Below are positions 40,398 through 50,757 of a DNA stretch of 64,000 nucleotides, piece by piece. The DNA lies in the NCBI GenBank assembly GCA_963677485.1, contig OY781964.1, forward strand, positions 672,001 through 736,000. Reading direction: 5' to 3'. Position numbers and translations under genes: made by a program. Position 1 is the stretch's first letter. The number at the start of each line of letters is the position of its first letter. Under the pieces are notes generated by a model. The model worked only from the letters and a program-made list of their open reading frames with translations, searched no databases and was not told the DNA's origin. The DNA is from Armatimonadota bacterium. Lineage in GTDB: Bacteria > Armatimonadota > HRBIN16.

Positions 40398-42359
40398 GTG
40401 ATGAAGCCCAACGAAGCATTACCCAAGCGGGGGCCGCTGCGAGCCATACTCATCGCAGTGCTACTACTACCGCCCAACGCATTGTGGCTTGTTCAGACCG
40501 AGATGCTTAACCGCGCCAGTAACACTCCTGGCAGCTCTGGTGGGCCATACCCCTCCACCTTTTCGCTATTTGCCAATGTCATATGTATCATTGCGGCTTT
40601 GTTGATCGTGAATGTGGTCATCAAACGCCTGAAACCCAGTGCTGTCCTGAACCCGTCTGAGCTTTTAATCATCTACTGCATGTTATCCATCGGTACCGCA
40701 ATGACCTCAGTGGATGGATTTCATATTCTAGTGCCGATGATCGGCCACCTGCAGCGGTATGCCAACAACGTGAACCAGTGGGCGAACACGGTAATCCCGT
40801 TGGTGCCCAAGTTCATGCTGGTGAGCGATCCGACCGCTTTGACCGGATGGTATACCGGATCTGGGAACCCTTTTGCCATCAGAAATATGCTGGCCTGGTG
40901 GAAACCAATGGTCTGGTGGGGCAGTTTTTCATTCATACTGCTGTGGGTGATGCTCTGTCTTAACGTGCTCATTCGCAAGCAATGGACTCAAAACGAGCGG
41001 CTAAGCTATCCTACCATCATGCTGCCCCTCGAAATGACCGAGAACACCAGTTTTTTCTTCCGAAACAAACTCATGTGGGCAGGATTCTTTATCGCAGCGG
41101 GTATTAGCTTTGTCAATGGCATCAGCTATTTTATGCCCAACGTGCCCACGGTGCCAGTCAAAGCATTGAACCTGGGGCTATATATCACCTCCGCTCCCTG
41201 GAATGCGATGGGTATCAACGGCTTCATGGCCAGTTTCTACCCCTTCGCCATCGGGCTTAGCTTCCTGCTGCCTGCGGATCTGTTGTTTTCGTGCTGGTTC
41301 TTCTATTTGATTAATAAGCTGGAGCTGGTCATCAGCTCGCAAATGGGATATCTGGGGATCAACCCCCAGTTCCCATACATCGCCCACCAAAGCCTGGGTG
41401 GATACTTGGCCGTGGGTGTGCTTGCCATCATGGGTGCGAGAATGCACCTGAAGAGCGTGTTCATCGCCGCCTGGCGTGGCGAAAATGAGCCCGACAGCGG
41501 CTGGTTGGGCTACCGGATCGCCTCCATCGGAGCACTCGTCGGATTAGTAATGCTGTGCCTCTATTTCAACTATATGGGCTTGCCTTTCGTCTACTGCGTG
41601 GTCGCTTTCCTGCTCTATTTCCTCATAGGCATCGCCATCACCCGTATGCGCGCTGAGCTTGGTCCACCTGCCCATGACCTGCACTACGCCGGTCCCGACA
41701 CACTCTTTATCTCAACCCTCGGCGCGGGGCACTTCACTACAAAACAGTTGACTGCGCTCAGTTGGTTTTACTGGTTCAACCGCGCTTACCGCAGCCTGGC
41801 CATGCCGCACCAACTTGAGGCTATGAAAATAGCCGAAAGACGCAAAATGAAGCAAAGCCCAATGCTCACGGCGTTGGTCGTTGCCGCCTTAGTGGGTGTC
41901 GCCTCAGGTCTGTTTGCCGAATACTGGTATGGATACACCAAGTCAGCCGAAGTGGGCATGGCTGCCTACTATACAGGATTTGGGAAAGAGGCGTTTGATT
42001 TCCGTCTGCAGAACTGGATCACCGCCTCACCAAAAGCAGAGGTCGGCTCTACAATCGCCGTCGTCGTCGGTTTCTTCATCACTCTGCTGCTGGGCTCCGT
42101 TCGTCTGGTGGCCCCCTGGTGGCCGCTGCACCCATTGGGCTTTGCCATCAGCGGAGGGTATTCAGTGGGGATGATCTGGCTTCCGATGATGATCGCCTGG
42201 ACATGCAAAGTGACCATCCTCAAATTCGGCGGTTTGAAACTATACAAACAAGCCGTCTACTTCTTCCTGGGTCTAGTGCTGGGCGACTACATCATGGGAA
42301 TGGCATGGCCGCTCTTTGGCTGGATCACCAAGATGGCGACCTACAGCTTCCAGCAGTAA
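40398..42359 (+). CDS. DUF6785/DUF6784-like polytopic membrane protein
   Basis: RKQW...ERLSYP, RMRAELGPP, WWPLHPLG, KFGGLKLY...FFLGLVLG. Confidence 0.75.
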   Translation: MMKPNEALPKRGPLRAILIAVLLLPPNALWLVQTEMLNRASNTPGSSGGPYPSTFSLFANVICIIAALLIVNVVIKRLKPSAVLNPSELLIIYCMLSIGTAMTSVDGFHILVPMIGHLQRYANNVNQWANTVIPLVPKFMLVSDPTALTGWYTGSGNPFAIRNMLAWWKPMVWWGSFSFILLWVMLCLNVLIRKQWTQNERLSYPTIMLPLEMTENTSFFFRNKLMWAGFFIAAGISFVNGISYFMPNVPTVPVKALNLGLYITSAPWNAMGINGFMASFYPFAIGLSFLLPADLLFSCWFFYLINKLELVISSQMGYLGINPQFPYIAHQSLGGYLAVGVLAIMGARMHLKSVFIAAWRGENEPDSGWLGYRIASIGALVGLVMLCLYFNYMGLPFVYCVVAFLLYFLIGIAITRMRAELGPPAHDLHYAGPDTLFISTLGAGHFTTKQLTALSWFYWFNRAYRSLAMPHQLEAMKIAERRKMKQSPMLTALVVAALVGVASGLFAEYWYGYTKSAEVGMAAYYTGFGKEAFDFRLQNWITASPKAEVGSTIAVVVGFFITLLLGSVRLVAPWWPLHPLGFAISGGYSVGMIWLPMMIAWTCKVTILKFGGLKLYKQAVYFFLGLVLGDYIMGMAWPLFGWITKMATYSFQQ

Positions 42360-42416
42360 ACCGCTCCGCCACGACCGGCAGACCGCAGGGGTGTTCGGTG
42401 ATCCCAGGAATCCTCT

Positions 42417-42442
42417 GTGGGGCAAGGCACGCCTTGCCCCAC
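42417..42442. repeat. REP-like palindrome
   Basis: GTGGGGCAAGGC-AC-GCCTTGCCCCAC; related to 54289. Confidence 0.7.
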
Positions 42443-42451
42443 CGTTCGATG

Positions 42452-43582
42452 CTACTTGGTGGATGCCTCCACTGGCACGGCGGTAGTGATGTCCAGTTTA
42501 GCCAGCTTGGCATCAAACTGCGCTTTCACACCCGGCAGGCTGTTCAGTGCCTGCCACGGCAGATACAGCACACCCTTGCGGTTGAGCACCTTGGCATCCA
42601 GTGCCAGCTGCTTGCCGTCTAAGCTGAACGCTTTAGCGTTGGCCTTGGCGGCGAGGGCGTGGCCCTTGGCTAGGGCCCGGACAGTAGTTAAAGCGATGTA
42701 GGCCTGATTCTTCACCACTACTAGCGGGAAGCCGAGTTTTGCATCCTTCCCGTTTTGCAATACGCTGACAGCCGGCCATTTGGTGGCTGCTTTGGTCGTC
42801 TTTTTCCCTAGATGGCGATCATTACTCGCGAAAATCAGCAACCTTGCATCAACAACATCGCCTGTTGTCGCACTCACATTTACACAAACGATTGGCAATC
42901 CCATCTTGTCTTCAGGGCTACATGTATCCCTATTACTAAGGTAGAAGTTAAAAGGATATGCAATGTATGGATCACCATTCATTTCGGTACATATCACCGC
43001 AGTTTTAAGCATGGAATCATCATCAAAAACATATGGCCATGTATATCTTTCATTATTGACCATGTAAACCCAGTTGCTTGCGACTCTATGCGCAATACGA
43101 TATGCATCTTCGATATTTACCTTATTTGGAGGTAGAGGCTTGTCTGTCGATTGTGATTGAGCCGTAAAACCAATCGCCGAGGTTCCTGCATATGCAATAT
43201 CAATTGCAACACGTGAATCGAGTAATCCTTCGTCATGTTCGAGGAGATACATACCACGATAGTATTTAACCATCCTATCCCTAGGAATATCTGGTCGTAG
43301 GTTCCACACCAAATCGTCGTTATAAGTCTCGATTAGTGGCCACATACCGTTTTCAGGTAAACCTTGACTGTTGTAAGTCAATGTAAAGTTTTGTTTATCG
43401 AATAGCACAAGGTATTTGGATGAACCTTTGACGTCAACAGAAGGAATGATCTTGGGACTTTCATTTTGGCAAATTTGGGGCAACTGCTGTTGCACCACAT
43501 TCATGATTCGTTCGATATCGTCGGCATGACAGGCGATAGTCAGAATGACTATTGCCCATATTACAGTAATGACACGTTTCAT
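42452..43582 (-). CDS. Secreted protein with PepSY-like segment and conserved C-terminal module (paralog 1 of 4)
   Basis: Signal peptide; VNIEDAYRIA..VSATTGDV; C-terminal LYLPWQAL..LPGVK. Confidence 0.8.
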   Translation of the reverse strand: MKRVITVIWAIVILTIACHADDIERIMNVVQQQLPQICQNESPKIIPSVDVKGSSKYLVLFDKQNFTLTYNSQGLPENGMWPLIETYNDDLVWNLRPDIPRDRMVKYYRGMYLLEHDEGLLDSRVAIDIAYAGTSAIGFTAQSQSTDKPLPPNKVNIEDAYRIAHRVASNWVYMVNNERYTWPYVFDDDSMLKTAVICTEMNGDPYIAYPFNFYLSNRDTCSPEDKMGLPIVCVNVSATTGDVVDARLLIFASNDRHLGKKTTKAATKWPAVSVLQNGKDAKLGFPLVVVKNQAYIALTTVRALAKGHALAAKANAKAFSLDGKQLALDAKVLNRKGVLYLPWQALNSLPGVKAQFDAKLAKLDITTAVPVEASTK

Positions 43583-43593
43583 CTCTTTCTCCG

Positions 43594-45667
43594 TTATAAA
43601 AGTGTAAGGCCAAGAACAACAGCGTGTTCTGGCATTGGGTATGGATATTCGTTTCCAAGTTGAGCCTTTGTATCGCTAAATGATGTTTGCAGTTCATCTG
43701 AGCTCATTCCAAAGTTATGTGAACTCCAGTGATCCATCCATACTTCTTCTAGGCGATCTAGCAGAGTATTAGGAACCTCAGTACTGAATGCTATAACTCT
43801 CCATCCACGATTATGAAGATGATAGGCAAAACTCGTACTGCCACCAGATGCAGTAAAGCATGCATGCAAGATAGCTAATCTCCCAGCATTGTTGTCGAGA
43901 GGCATTGGTAGTGTATCAATGTCCGATGTTGTTAGGTAAGTGTTATTAGAACAAAGTAGTCTGCTAGATTCACCATGACCGTAGAATACAAACAGAGTGG
44001 GAGAAACTCCTGCCTGTGGCGAACTCCAAGACAAGTAACCGGTTGGGCTCCCGTATGACAAAGTTGATTTGATTGCGTCTGCGTCATCCGGGTCTGGCAG
44101 GCTTTGTGGAACATATGATGTCCCGATCGCCTTCCCGCATGTCGAAATATAAAATCCACTGCTTCGGTTGATCGGAGTGCCATTCAAACTGACATATGGA
44201 GCAGACTTAATTGTTGGCACGGTATTATTAAAGTAGAACGATAATCCGTACACCCGCTGCACAATACTGGCCCCAAGAATTGGTCTGCTCCGGTGAGATT
44301 TATCTGTAGCCAAGTTGTTATCATCACCACATAGAAACAACCTGTAGTCGCCACAAATAGACGAAGGTGCATACGAATATGTTTTCACTAGTGCTCCAAT
44401 CTGGGCAGAGGCTACATTATATGACTGGGTAACTGCGATATCTAGGTCTGGTTTGAATATCGTCATTTGCCCGTTATCCACAGATCCTGATGTAGACCCA
44501 TATACATTGGTCGTGTATGTGCTGCCTTGCGAATTGACCGCAGATAATGATAACGAGCTTAGTGTAGTTGTCGATTTATCACATACCGTATCAACACCGC
44601 CATCTTGTGTATGTGATACGGTTACCTTGAACACATATATCCCTGGTGTACATAACTGTCCTGAGTCATTTTTTCCATCCCACTGAATAAAGGATAGGTT
44701 GCTGGTCCAAGAATCCGTCATAGTCCGAATCTGTATTACGAACGTACTTGATTGGGGTTTATTGTCAGATTGGGTGATCTCAATCGTGTCAATATTACCA
44801 CCAGGTTTTAGCTTTAAAAACGCAGGAGCGGTAGTAATATCAAGGTTACCAACATTGACCCCATATGAAGGTGTTTCCGGGAACACCGTTTCACTAAGTC
44901 CTGGTAGTAGTAGGTAGCCCTCATTCTCACCTCATAGTGCGAGTTATGCAGGGAAAGAGTGTTCCACAACACCTTGAAAGTTTTGGTTACCACAGAATGG
45001 GCATCTGTCGTTGTTGATAATAGCTCTGGGGGTGTCGTGATCGCGGTCCAGTCGGATGTATACGGTGAGTTGTTCTCACGATATTCGAGTACCAGGTTTT
45101 GCTGGGTAGCGGCGTATGTGGTTGTTGTGTAGTTTATCTCATGTAGACCTGCCGCAGAGGCATCACATTTAGTAGTTGCGATGGCACCGGTTGGTACTCC
45201 TACCTGGAATGTGCGGGTCACCGGCTTATCGTTCCTGTCGCCCGTGTCTGGTGGCCATATAGCTCCCACATCATCCACTATTAGCTGGCACGTACATAGA
45301 CCTTTAGCGTCTGATGCTAATGCCCAGTGCATAATAGCCCTCCAGTTACAAAACCAGAATCGGTTGACCATGAATAGGTGCATTGGTCTGAAGCAGGTCC
45401 GTTATCGGGTGACTCGATGTAGTAGTCCAGGTCTGATATCACGGCATATATAACAAAAGCACTGCCTGCATGGGTTACAGTAGCAGTTGGTGTAATACCT
45501 GTGAATACACTTATTTCGCTAGGGAGAGCGGCCCACGCCTTAGCGGCTTGTGCTTGTAGAGGAAAAACAGTCAACAACGCCGCTACAGCGCACAGCGCAA
45601 GCGGTGCGCAAGCGGTGCGCAAGCGGTGCGCAAGCGGGTGATTTCGTGACGTAGATTCATGACGCAT
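43594..45667 (-). pseudogene. Secreted Ig/FlgD-like plus caspase-fold (His-Cys) protein broken by two single-base frameshifts
   Basis: Three overlapping ORFs join into 691 aa if one base is added at about 45339 and one at about 44903; WDGKNDSG..PGIY; FYGHG and LHACFT motifs. Confidence 0.7.
45595..45637. repeat. 11-bp tandem repeat (GCGCAAGCGGT)x3.9 inside the 5' coding region
   Basis: Direct reading. Confidence 0.95.
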
Positions 45668-45717
45668 TACTCCTTTGGGTTAGTTATGCTTCGTATAAAA
45701 CGACAACATTGTATTGA

Positions 45718-45745
45718 GTATACTCCATTTCCACAGCATGTCAAG
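45718..45745 (-). promoter_or_regulatory. Sigma70-type promoter for the 45667 operon
   Basis: Minus strand TTGACA-N16-TATACT. Confidence 0.65.
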
Positions 45746-46036
45746 TCGTTTCTAGCATATTTATCACAAAGATACTATTTCCGTGTTATCCATTTTTGAT
45801 GGAAATATGTTCCGTTTGCATTCTTGTGGTTATGGATCGACTTGAAGGTATTGCGTACCGGCTACGCCACTCGCTCCGGCACATGACTATAGATCATAAA
45901 GACCTATGGAAGCATGCTGCAGGAATTAGCAAGGGTATGAAACCCGCGTCATGATGCAGTTTTTTCCGCTTAGTGAGAGAGATGGAACAGACGGAGGCCC
46001 ATATTTGGTATACTAATGTAAATTGAGGTTCAAAAT

Positions 46037-47518
46037 ATGATAGATAAACTCCGCGAAGGACTTAGCTTCGACGACGTGTTGCTAATCCCGTTAGGTACCG
46101 AAATTACACCCGACAAGGTCGATACATCCAGCCTGCTGATAGGCAAGATTGTATTACAAATCCCGGTGATCAGTTCACCAATGGATACGGTCACCGAGGC
46201 CCGCATGGCCATCGCCATGGCTCGCGAGGGCAGTGCCGGTGTCATCCACCGCAATATGTCCATCGAACAGCAAGCTGCCGAAGTAGACAAAGTCAAGCGC
46301 AGCGAACACGGCATCATCGTAGACCCGATCTCCCTAAGCCCCAACCACACCATCCGCGAAGCACTTGCGTTGATGGAGCATTACCATATATCCGGTGTGC
46401 CAATCACTGACGACGACAACATTTTAGTGGGCATCTTGACAAATCGAGATACCCGCTTTGAAACCCAGTTCGAACGTAAAATTTCCGAAGTGATGACGTC
46501 CAGAGACCGCCTGGTGACCGCGACGGTAGGCACGACCCTGGCACAGGCTCAAGAGATGCTGCACACGCACCGCATTGAAAAGCTGCCACTGACCGATGAT
46601 GCCGGCCACCTCAAAGGCCTCATCACCATCAAAGATATCCAAAAGGTGCGTGACTTCCCGAAAGCCACTAAAGACTCCCGAGGGCGTCTGGTGGTCGGCG
46701 CGGCCGTCGGCCCACTGCGGCAGCCCGTCGAGCGCTCGGCCGCGTTAGCAGCAGCCGGGGCGGACTTCATCGTGGTGGACAGTGCCCATGGTCACAGCAG
46801 AGGCGTGTTGAATGCCGTCACTGCAATCAAAACTGCTTTCCCTGGTCTATTAGTGATCGCCGGAAATGTGGCCACAAAAGATGGCACAAAAGCGATGATC
46901 GACGCTGGCGTAGATGCCATCCGTGTAGGTATCGGAGCAGGCTCCATCTGCACCACCCGAGTGGTGGCTGGCGTTGGGGTGCCGCAGCTTACGGCTGTGG
47001 TAGACTGCGCAGAAGAGGCCGCTAAGCACAATATCCCCACCATCGCTGATGGTGGCCTACGGCTATCTGGTGACATGGCAAAGGCATTGGCCGGCGGAGC
47101 CAGCGCTGTGATGGTTGGCAACGCACTGGCAGGTACCGAAGAGGCCCCCGGTGAGGTAGTCCTATATCAAGGCCGGTCTTACAAAGAATACCGCGGCATG
47201 GGTTCCATTGCAGCAATGCAGCAAGGCAGCAGCGACCGCTACTACCAGGACAAAGCGGCCAAGTTCGTGCCTGAAGGCGTAGAAGGCCGTGTGCCCTACA
47301 AAGGGCCAGTAGCCGATGTGTTGTATCAAATGGTGGGCGGTATCCGCAGCGGAATGGGATACCTGGGAGCTCACACCATTGCAGAGATGCAAGAGAAGGC
47401 GCAGTTCATCAAAATCAGCGCGGCATCCTTACGTGAAAGCCATCCGCATGACGTGTGGATCACGAAAGAACCGCCGAACTACTCCTCAGAAACCAGCCAG
47501 CAACAGAGCAGCGAATAG
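46037..47518 (+). CDS. guaB: IMP dehydrogenase
   Basis: SFDDVLL, MDTVTE, CBS pair, GIGAGSICTTR. Confidence 0.98.
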   Translation: MIDKLREGLSFDDVLLIPLGTEITPDKVDTSSLLIGKIVLQIPVISSPMDTVTEARMAIAMAREGSAGVIHRNMSIEQQAAEVDKVKRSEHGIIVDPISLSPNHTIREALALMEHYHISGVPITDDDNILVGILTNRDTRFETQFERKISEVMTSRDRLVTATVGTTLAQAQEMLHTHRIEKLPLTDDAGHLKGLITIKDIQKVRDFPKATKDSRGRLVVGAAVGPLRQPVERSAALAAAGADFIVVDSAHGHSRGVLNAVTAIKTAFPGLLVIAGNVATKDGTKAMIDAGVDAIRVGIGAGSICTTRVVAGVGVPQLTAVVDCAEEAAKHNIPTIADGGLRLSGDMAKALAGGASAVMVGNALAGTEEAPGEVVLYQGRSYKEYRGMGSIAAMQQGSSDRYYQDKAAKFVPEGVEGRVPYKGPVADVLYQMVGGIRSGMGYLGAHTIAEMQEKAQFIKISAASLRESHPHDVWITKEPPNYSSETSQQQSSE

Positions 47519-47618
47519 CGGACTTAGCGGACTAGGCAGCACGGTCCTGATTTCGAAGCGGCCCGTAGCAATGCCGATGTGGTGCCCTTGGGTGCCATTT
47601 GGCTTGTTCGCATCTAGC

Positions 47619-47788
47619 GCTGCCTAAGTCCGGGGCGGTCTGGCGGGACGCTTGCGGGTGCAGAGAGCTCAAGACCGCGCCGGTCTGGCGGACAGCCATG
47701 AAAAAATGGTGTCGGGAACAAGACCGGTGCGGTCAGTATCCAGTGGTCACAACAAGCCACCCGAAAGACCGCCCCGGCCAAAGCCAAC
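47619..47788. repeat. 170-bp palindromic MITE-like element, copy 2
   Basis: Ungapped alignment to 21747-21916. Confidence 0.8.
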
Positions 47789-47817
47789 ACGTGATATACA
47801 AGGATATGCGAATTTCA

Positions 47818-48279
47818 ATGCAGGGTCATAAAGGCAAACTATCCACCGCGTTGGCGGTGGTATATCTGCTGGCCCTGGCTGGAGTTCTTGTAGCCGGAAT
47901 GCTCACCTACTGGCATATCGTCGGTGCCGATGTTCCCTGCACTAACCAGGGGTGTGACATCGTGGCACAATCGCCATACAGTCGTATATTCGGCATTCCG
48001 GTCGCCGCGTTGGGTCTGGGGTTTTATGCATTCTGCACAGCGGTCACAGCCTTGCTGCCTTCACTCAGCCGAAAAGCGGCCATGTGGCTGTTAAATGCCT
48101 TGTTGCTGTTCTGCATCATAGCTGTGATGGCATCAATATACCTCACCTATCTAGAGTTGGCGGTTATACATGCCGTGTGTCAGTGGTGCATGGCTTCCGC
48201 GCTGATATCACTTTTGCTGCTTCCGGCCAGTATCGTGCTTCGACGCATCTACCATCGTTCCATACTTGATGAGGGGTAA
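47818..48279 (+). CDS. Vitamin K epoxide reductase (VKOR) family protein
   Basis: C..GCD.V..SPYS..FGIPVA, CQWC. Confidence 0.9.
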   Translation: MQGHKGKLSTALAVVYLLALAGVLVAGMLTYWHIVGADVPCTNQGCDIVAQSPYSRIFGIPVAALGLGFYAFCTAVTALLPSLSRKAAMWLLNALLLFCIIAVMASIYLTYLELAVIHAVCQWCMASALISLLLLPASIVLRRIYHRSILDEG

Positions 48280-48290
48280 TTCAATCATCG

Positions 48291-48947
48291 ATGAATATAA
48301 AACCTGAAACTAAATTCATGCTTACCGTTGCGGCCGTCGTAATCGTGTTAGGGGCCGTGACGGCCACGATCAACACAATCGCAAATCGTCCACCCGCGCC
48401 TCCGAAGGTCGCCAAGCCTGCGCGCGAGATATTTGATACCTCAGACCGTCCCTTTATTGGCCCGGCCGATGCGCCTGTGGTGGCCATCCAATTCAGCGAC
48501 TACTCCTGCCCTAGCTGTGCCCGCGGATCGCGACTGATACAGGAGCTCGTGAAACAATATAACCCCAAGCTCAAAATCGTGTTCCGCAATCTGCCCATGA
48601 CTAACATGCATCCCCTGGCTATGGAGCTGGCAGCGGCCGCAGAAGCCGCCCGGCTACAAGGCAAGTTCTGGGAGATGCATGACATGATGTATGCTAACCA
48701 GGACGATGCCGCCAGTAATATTCGTAAATATGCGAAATTCATCGGTATGGACATGAAGAAATTCGATGCAGACCGCGATGGTGAGGAGGCCCGCGTGGCC
48801 GTCACCAAAGACATGGAGCTGGCAGGCCGGTTTGGTATCAATAGCACCCCCTGCTATGTGCTGTTTGACGGCAACAAAGCCGGGATGATATACAGCGGCA
48901 ACGGCAAGTTTGAGCCTGCGTTGAAGAAGCTGATGGAATCCAAGTAG
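48291..48947 (+). CDS. DsbA-like thioredoxin-fold oxidoreductase
   Basis: FSDYSCPSC, QGKFWEMHD, GINSTP. Confidence 0.92.
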   Translation: MNIKPETKFMLTVAAVVIVLGAVTATINTIANRPPAPPKVAKPAREIFDTSDRPFIGPADAPVVAIQFSDYSCPSCARGSRLIQELVKQYNPKLKIVFRNLPMTNMHPLAMELAAAAEAARLQGKFWEMHDMMYANQDDAASNIRKYAKFIGMDMKKFDADRDGEEARVAVTKDMELAGRFGINSTPCYVLFDGNKAGMIYSGNGKFEPALKKLMESK

Positions 48948-49218
48948 ATACTGTGGCTTTTGTCAAGTCCCCAGGGGCAAATCTGGGGATTTGGACCTGA
49001 ATATCAGACACTGGCTCTAGACCACGTAGAATAACGTTAATGTGATGTTTGTGGCATATAGACCAAACCTGGATCCGCGACAGAAACAGGCTCAGATGGC
49101 ATCAGTTGGTCCGTAGCACCTCACATGACGCTCGGAGTCGCGAACGGACGTGCGACATCTTCGTGGCTTCGAAAGATATCGTTATGCTTCGATGCGTGCT
49201 ATCGGCAGACTGCCGCAG

Positions 49219-50511
49219 CTAGGATACTGGTGTCAGAACCCTCGGTTTGTTGCCCACCCGACTGCGCGATGGCCGGTTTCGGGATGCGGGCCGACCACCG
49301 CCGGCAGGAGTGGGCTCATTGGTGGGATTTCCATCCACGCATCCCCGTCTTGGAACGCTCACGTCCAGCCCAGGATCATTGCCTACACCGGCTATATCAT
49401 GGGCCGCTCCGGCACGATCCTGGACATGTCCGTTCGCGTCGGTCAGCGGTTGCTGGTTGGCCGCATTTGAAGCTTGTTCGATGCCGAAGTTTGGATCATA
49501 TGGCTGACGGCTGATTAATACCGACCACATGAGCACCAGCTGCTTGCGCATGATTGCGCACCGGACAACTCGCTTGGACTTCGGTTTCTTATTGGGATTC
49601 TTTACCAAATTCGGATGCTGCAGTTCCTTCACGAAGTCGTGCATGCTCTGGCCAAGCTTTTTCGACTTACCGTTGACCATCTTCACCACAGTGCTCGATC
49701 CACAGTAGAGTAATGTCCGCATATATCGGTCACCCATCTTGGATATGGAGCCGTCGTATGTCTTGCAGCTTCCTGACCGTTGCGGGCAGGGGTTCATTCC
49801 GAAATAGCGCGCGACCGCTTTCGATGTTTCAAATCGTTTAGCATCACCGATTTTCGCAAGGAAATAGCTTGCTGTGACGTCGCCGATACCCGGAATGCTC
49901 TTCAGCAGAGCCATATCTTCGGTCATCTGCGGTGAACTCATCACAAGCTCTTTGATCTGAACATCAAGCTTTTTGATGCCCATGTCATGAAAAGCGATCA
50001 TCTCGTCCAGCACTGTGCTCCGCGTAAGCCGACAGCTTTGGCGCTGGGCGATCGCCTGTCTGTGTTGCACCAGCATACGGCGGTCATTGGTGTAACCAAT
50101 AAGCGCATCATAGCATGCTAGACGAGGGACATAGAGTGAGACATTGTGACTTTTCACATAGTCAGCGATTAGCACGCTGTCAGAGCAGTCCGTCTTTTGT
50201 TCCCAGCCTTTGGCTTTGCGGTGATAGAGAACCCGTTTTGGCTCCAGTTGGACAGCATCGTGCTGGTGCTCGTAGAGGTAATCAAGCAGCGGTCGGCTGT
50301 AAGGCCCGGTGGCTTCAGCCGCATACAAGGCGGGAGTTCGGGTAAGCTTCTTCACCCATGACAACAACTCCTTGTATCCGGCCTTGTTGTTCTTGAACTC
50401 CTTATGGTCTATCGGCTTGTGCGATGAACCTAATACAGACGCGTCAAACGTCAATTTCGAGATGTCGATCCCGACATAATGGATGTAGATTTTGTCTTCA
50501 ACTTCGTGCAT
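49219..50511 (-). CDS. IS110 DEDD recombinase with long C-terminal tail
   Basis: VGIDISK, AEATG, KTDCSD, SIPGIG, RSGS; GGAG RBS before ATG 50511. Confidence 0.95.
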   Translation of the reverse strand: MHEVEDKIYIHYVGIDISKLTFDASVLGSSHKPIDHKEFKNNKAGYKELLSWVKKLTRTPALYAAEATGPYSRPLLDYLYEHQHDAVQLEPKRVLYHRKAKGWEQKTDCSDSVLIADYVKSHNVSLYVPRLACYDALIGYTNDRRMLVQHRQAIAQRQSCRLTRSTVLDEMIAFHDMGIKKLDVQIKELVMSSPQMTEDMALLKSIPGIGDVTASYFLAKIGDAKRFETSKAVARYFGMNPCPQRSGSCKTYDGSISKMGDRYMRTLLYCGSSTVVKMVNGKSKKLGQSMHDFVKELQHPNLVKNPNKKPKSKRVVRCAIMRKQLVLMWSVLISRQPYDPNFGIEQASNAANQQPLTDANGHVQDRAGAAHDIAGVGNDPGLDVSVPRRGCVDGNPTNEPTPAGGGRPASRNRPSRSRVGNKPRVLTPVS

Positions 50512-50545
50512 GTGGTAATCTCCAGTTGGTAGTGATTGATGGTGC

Positions 50546-50745
50546 AATCAACCAAATCAGCCTAGCGAACACGGGGTTTTCTCCCAAGATACTGTTCGAT
50601 ATGGGTTGATTGGGAGAAGGATGCCTATCTACGTCACGGTGTTTTCCACCAGGGGCGGTTCCGGCATCCAATCCTTCTCCTTCACCCCCAGCTAAGGGGT
50701 GAGATTAGCTCCCCGACTGCTTTTGGTGTCCGGGGAGCTCACCAT
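50546..50745 (-). ncRNA. Bridge RNA (target-binding and donor-binding loops)
   Basis: Two stem-internal-loop domains. The guides GAACCGCCCCT/GTAG and ACAGTATCT/CTAG match the target and donor junctions. Confidence 0.85.
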
Positions 50746-50757
50746 ATATAGCGTACT

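Noticed and set aside
45317-45319. Amber read-through explaining the split secreted gene
   Set aside because: The frame after the TAG closes at TAA within about 12 codons, and the continuation is in another frame.
45690-45790. Purine-riboswitch-like words (TCGTATAA...GTTTCTA) upstream of guaB
   Set aside because: The P2 loop would be about 40 nt, there is no P3 or pseudoknot, and it lies about 250 nt from guaB. The region is better explained by the divergent promoter.
47599-47817. N-terminal extension of the VKOR ORF
   Set aside because: It reads through the 170-bp repeat; the real start is about 47806-47818.
49125-49514. Plus-strand ORFs inside the IS110 right part as cargo genes
   Set aside because: They are antisense to the recombinase tail, with no clear RBS and no recognisable motif.
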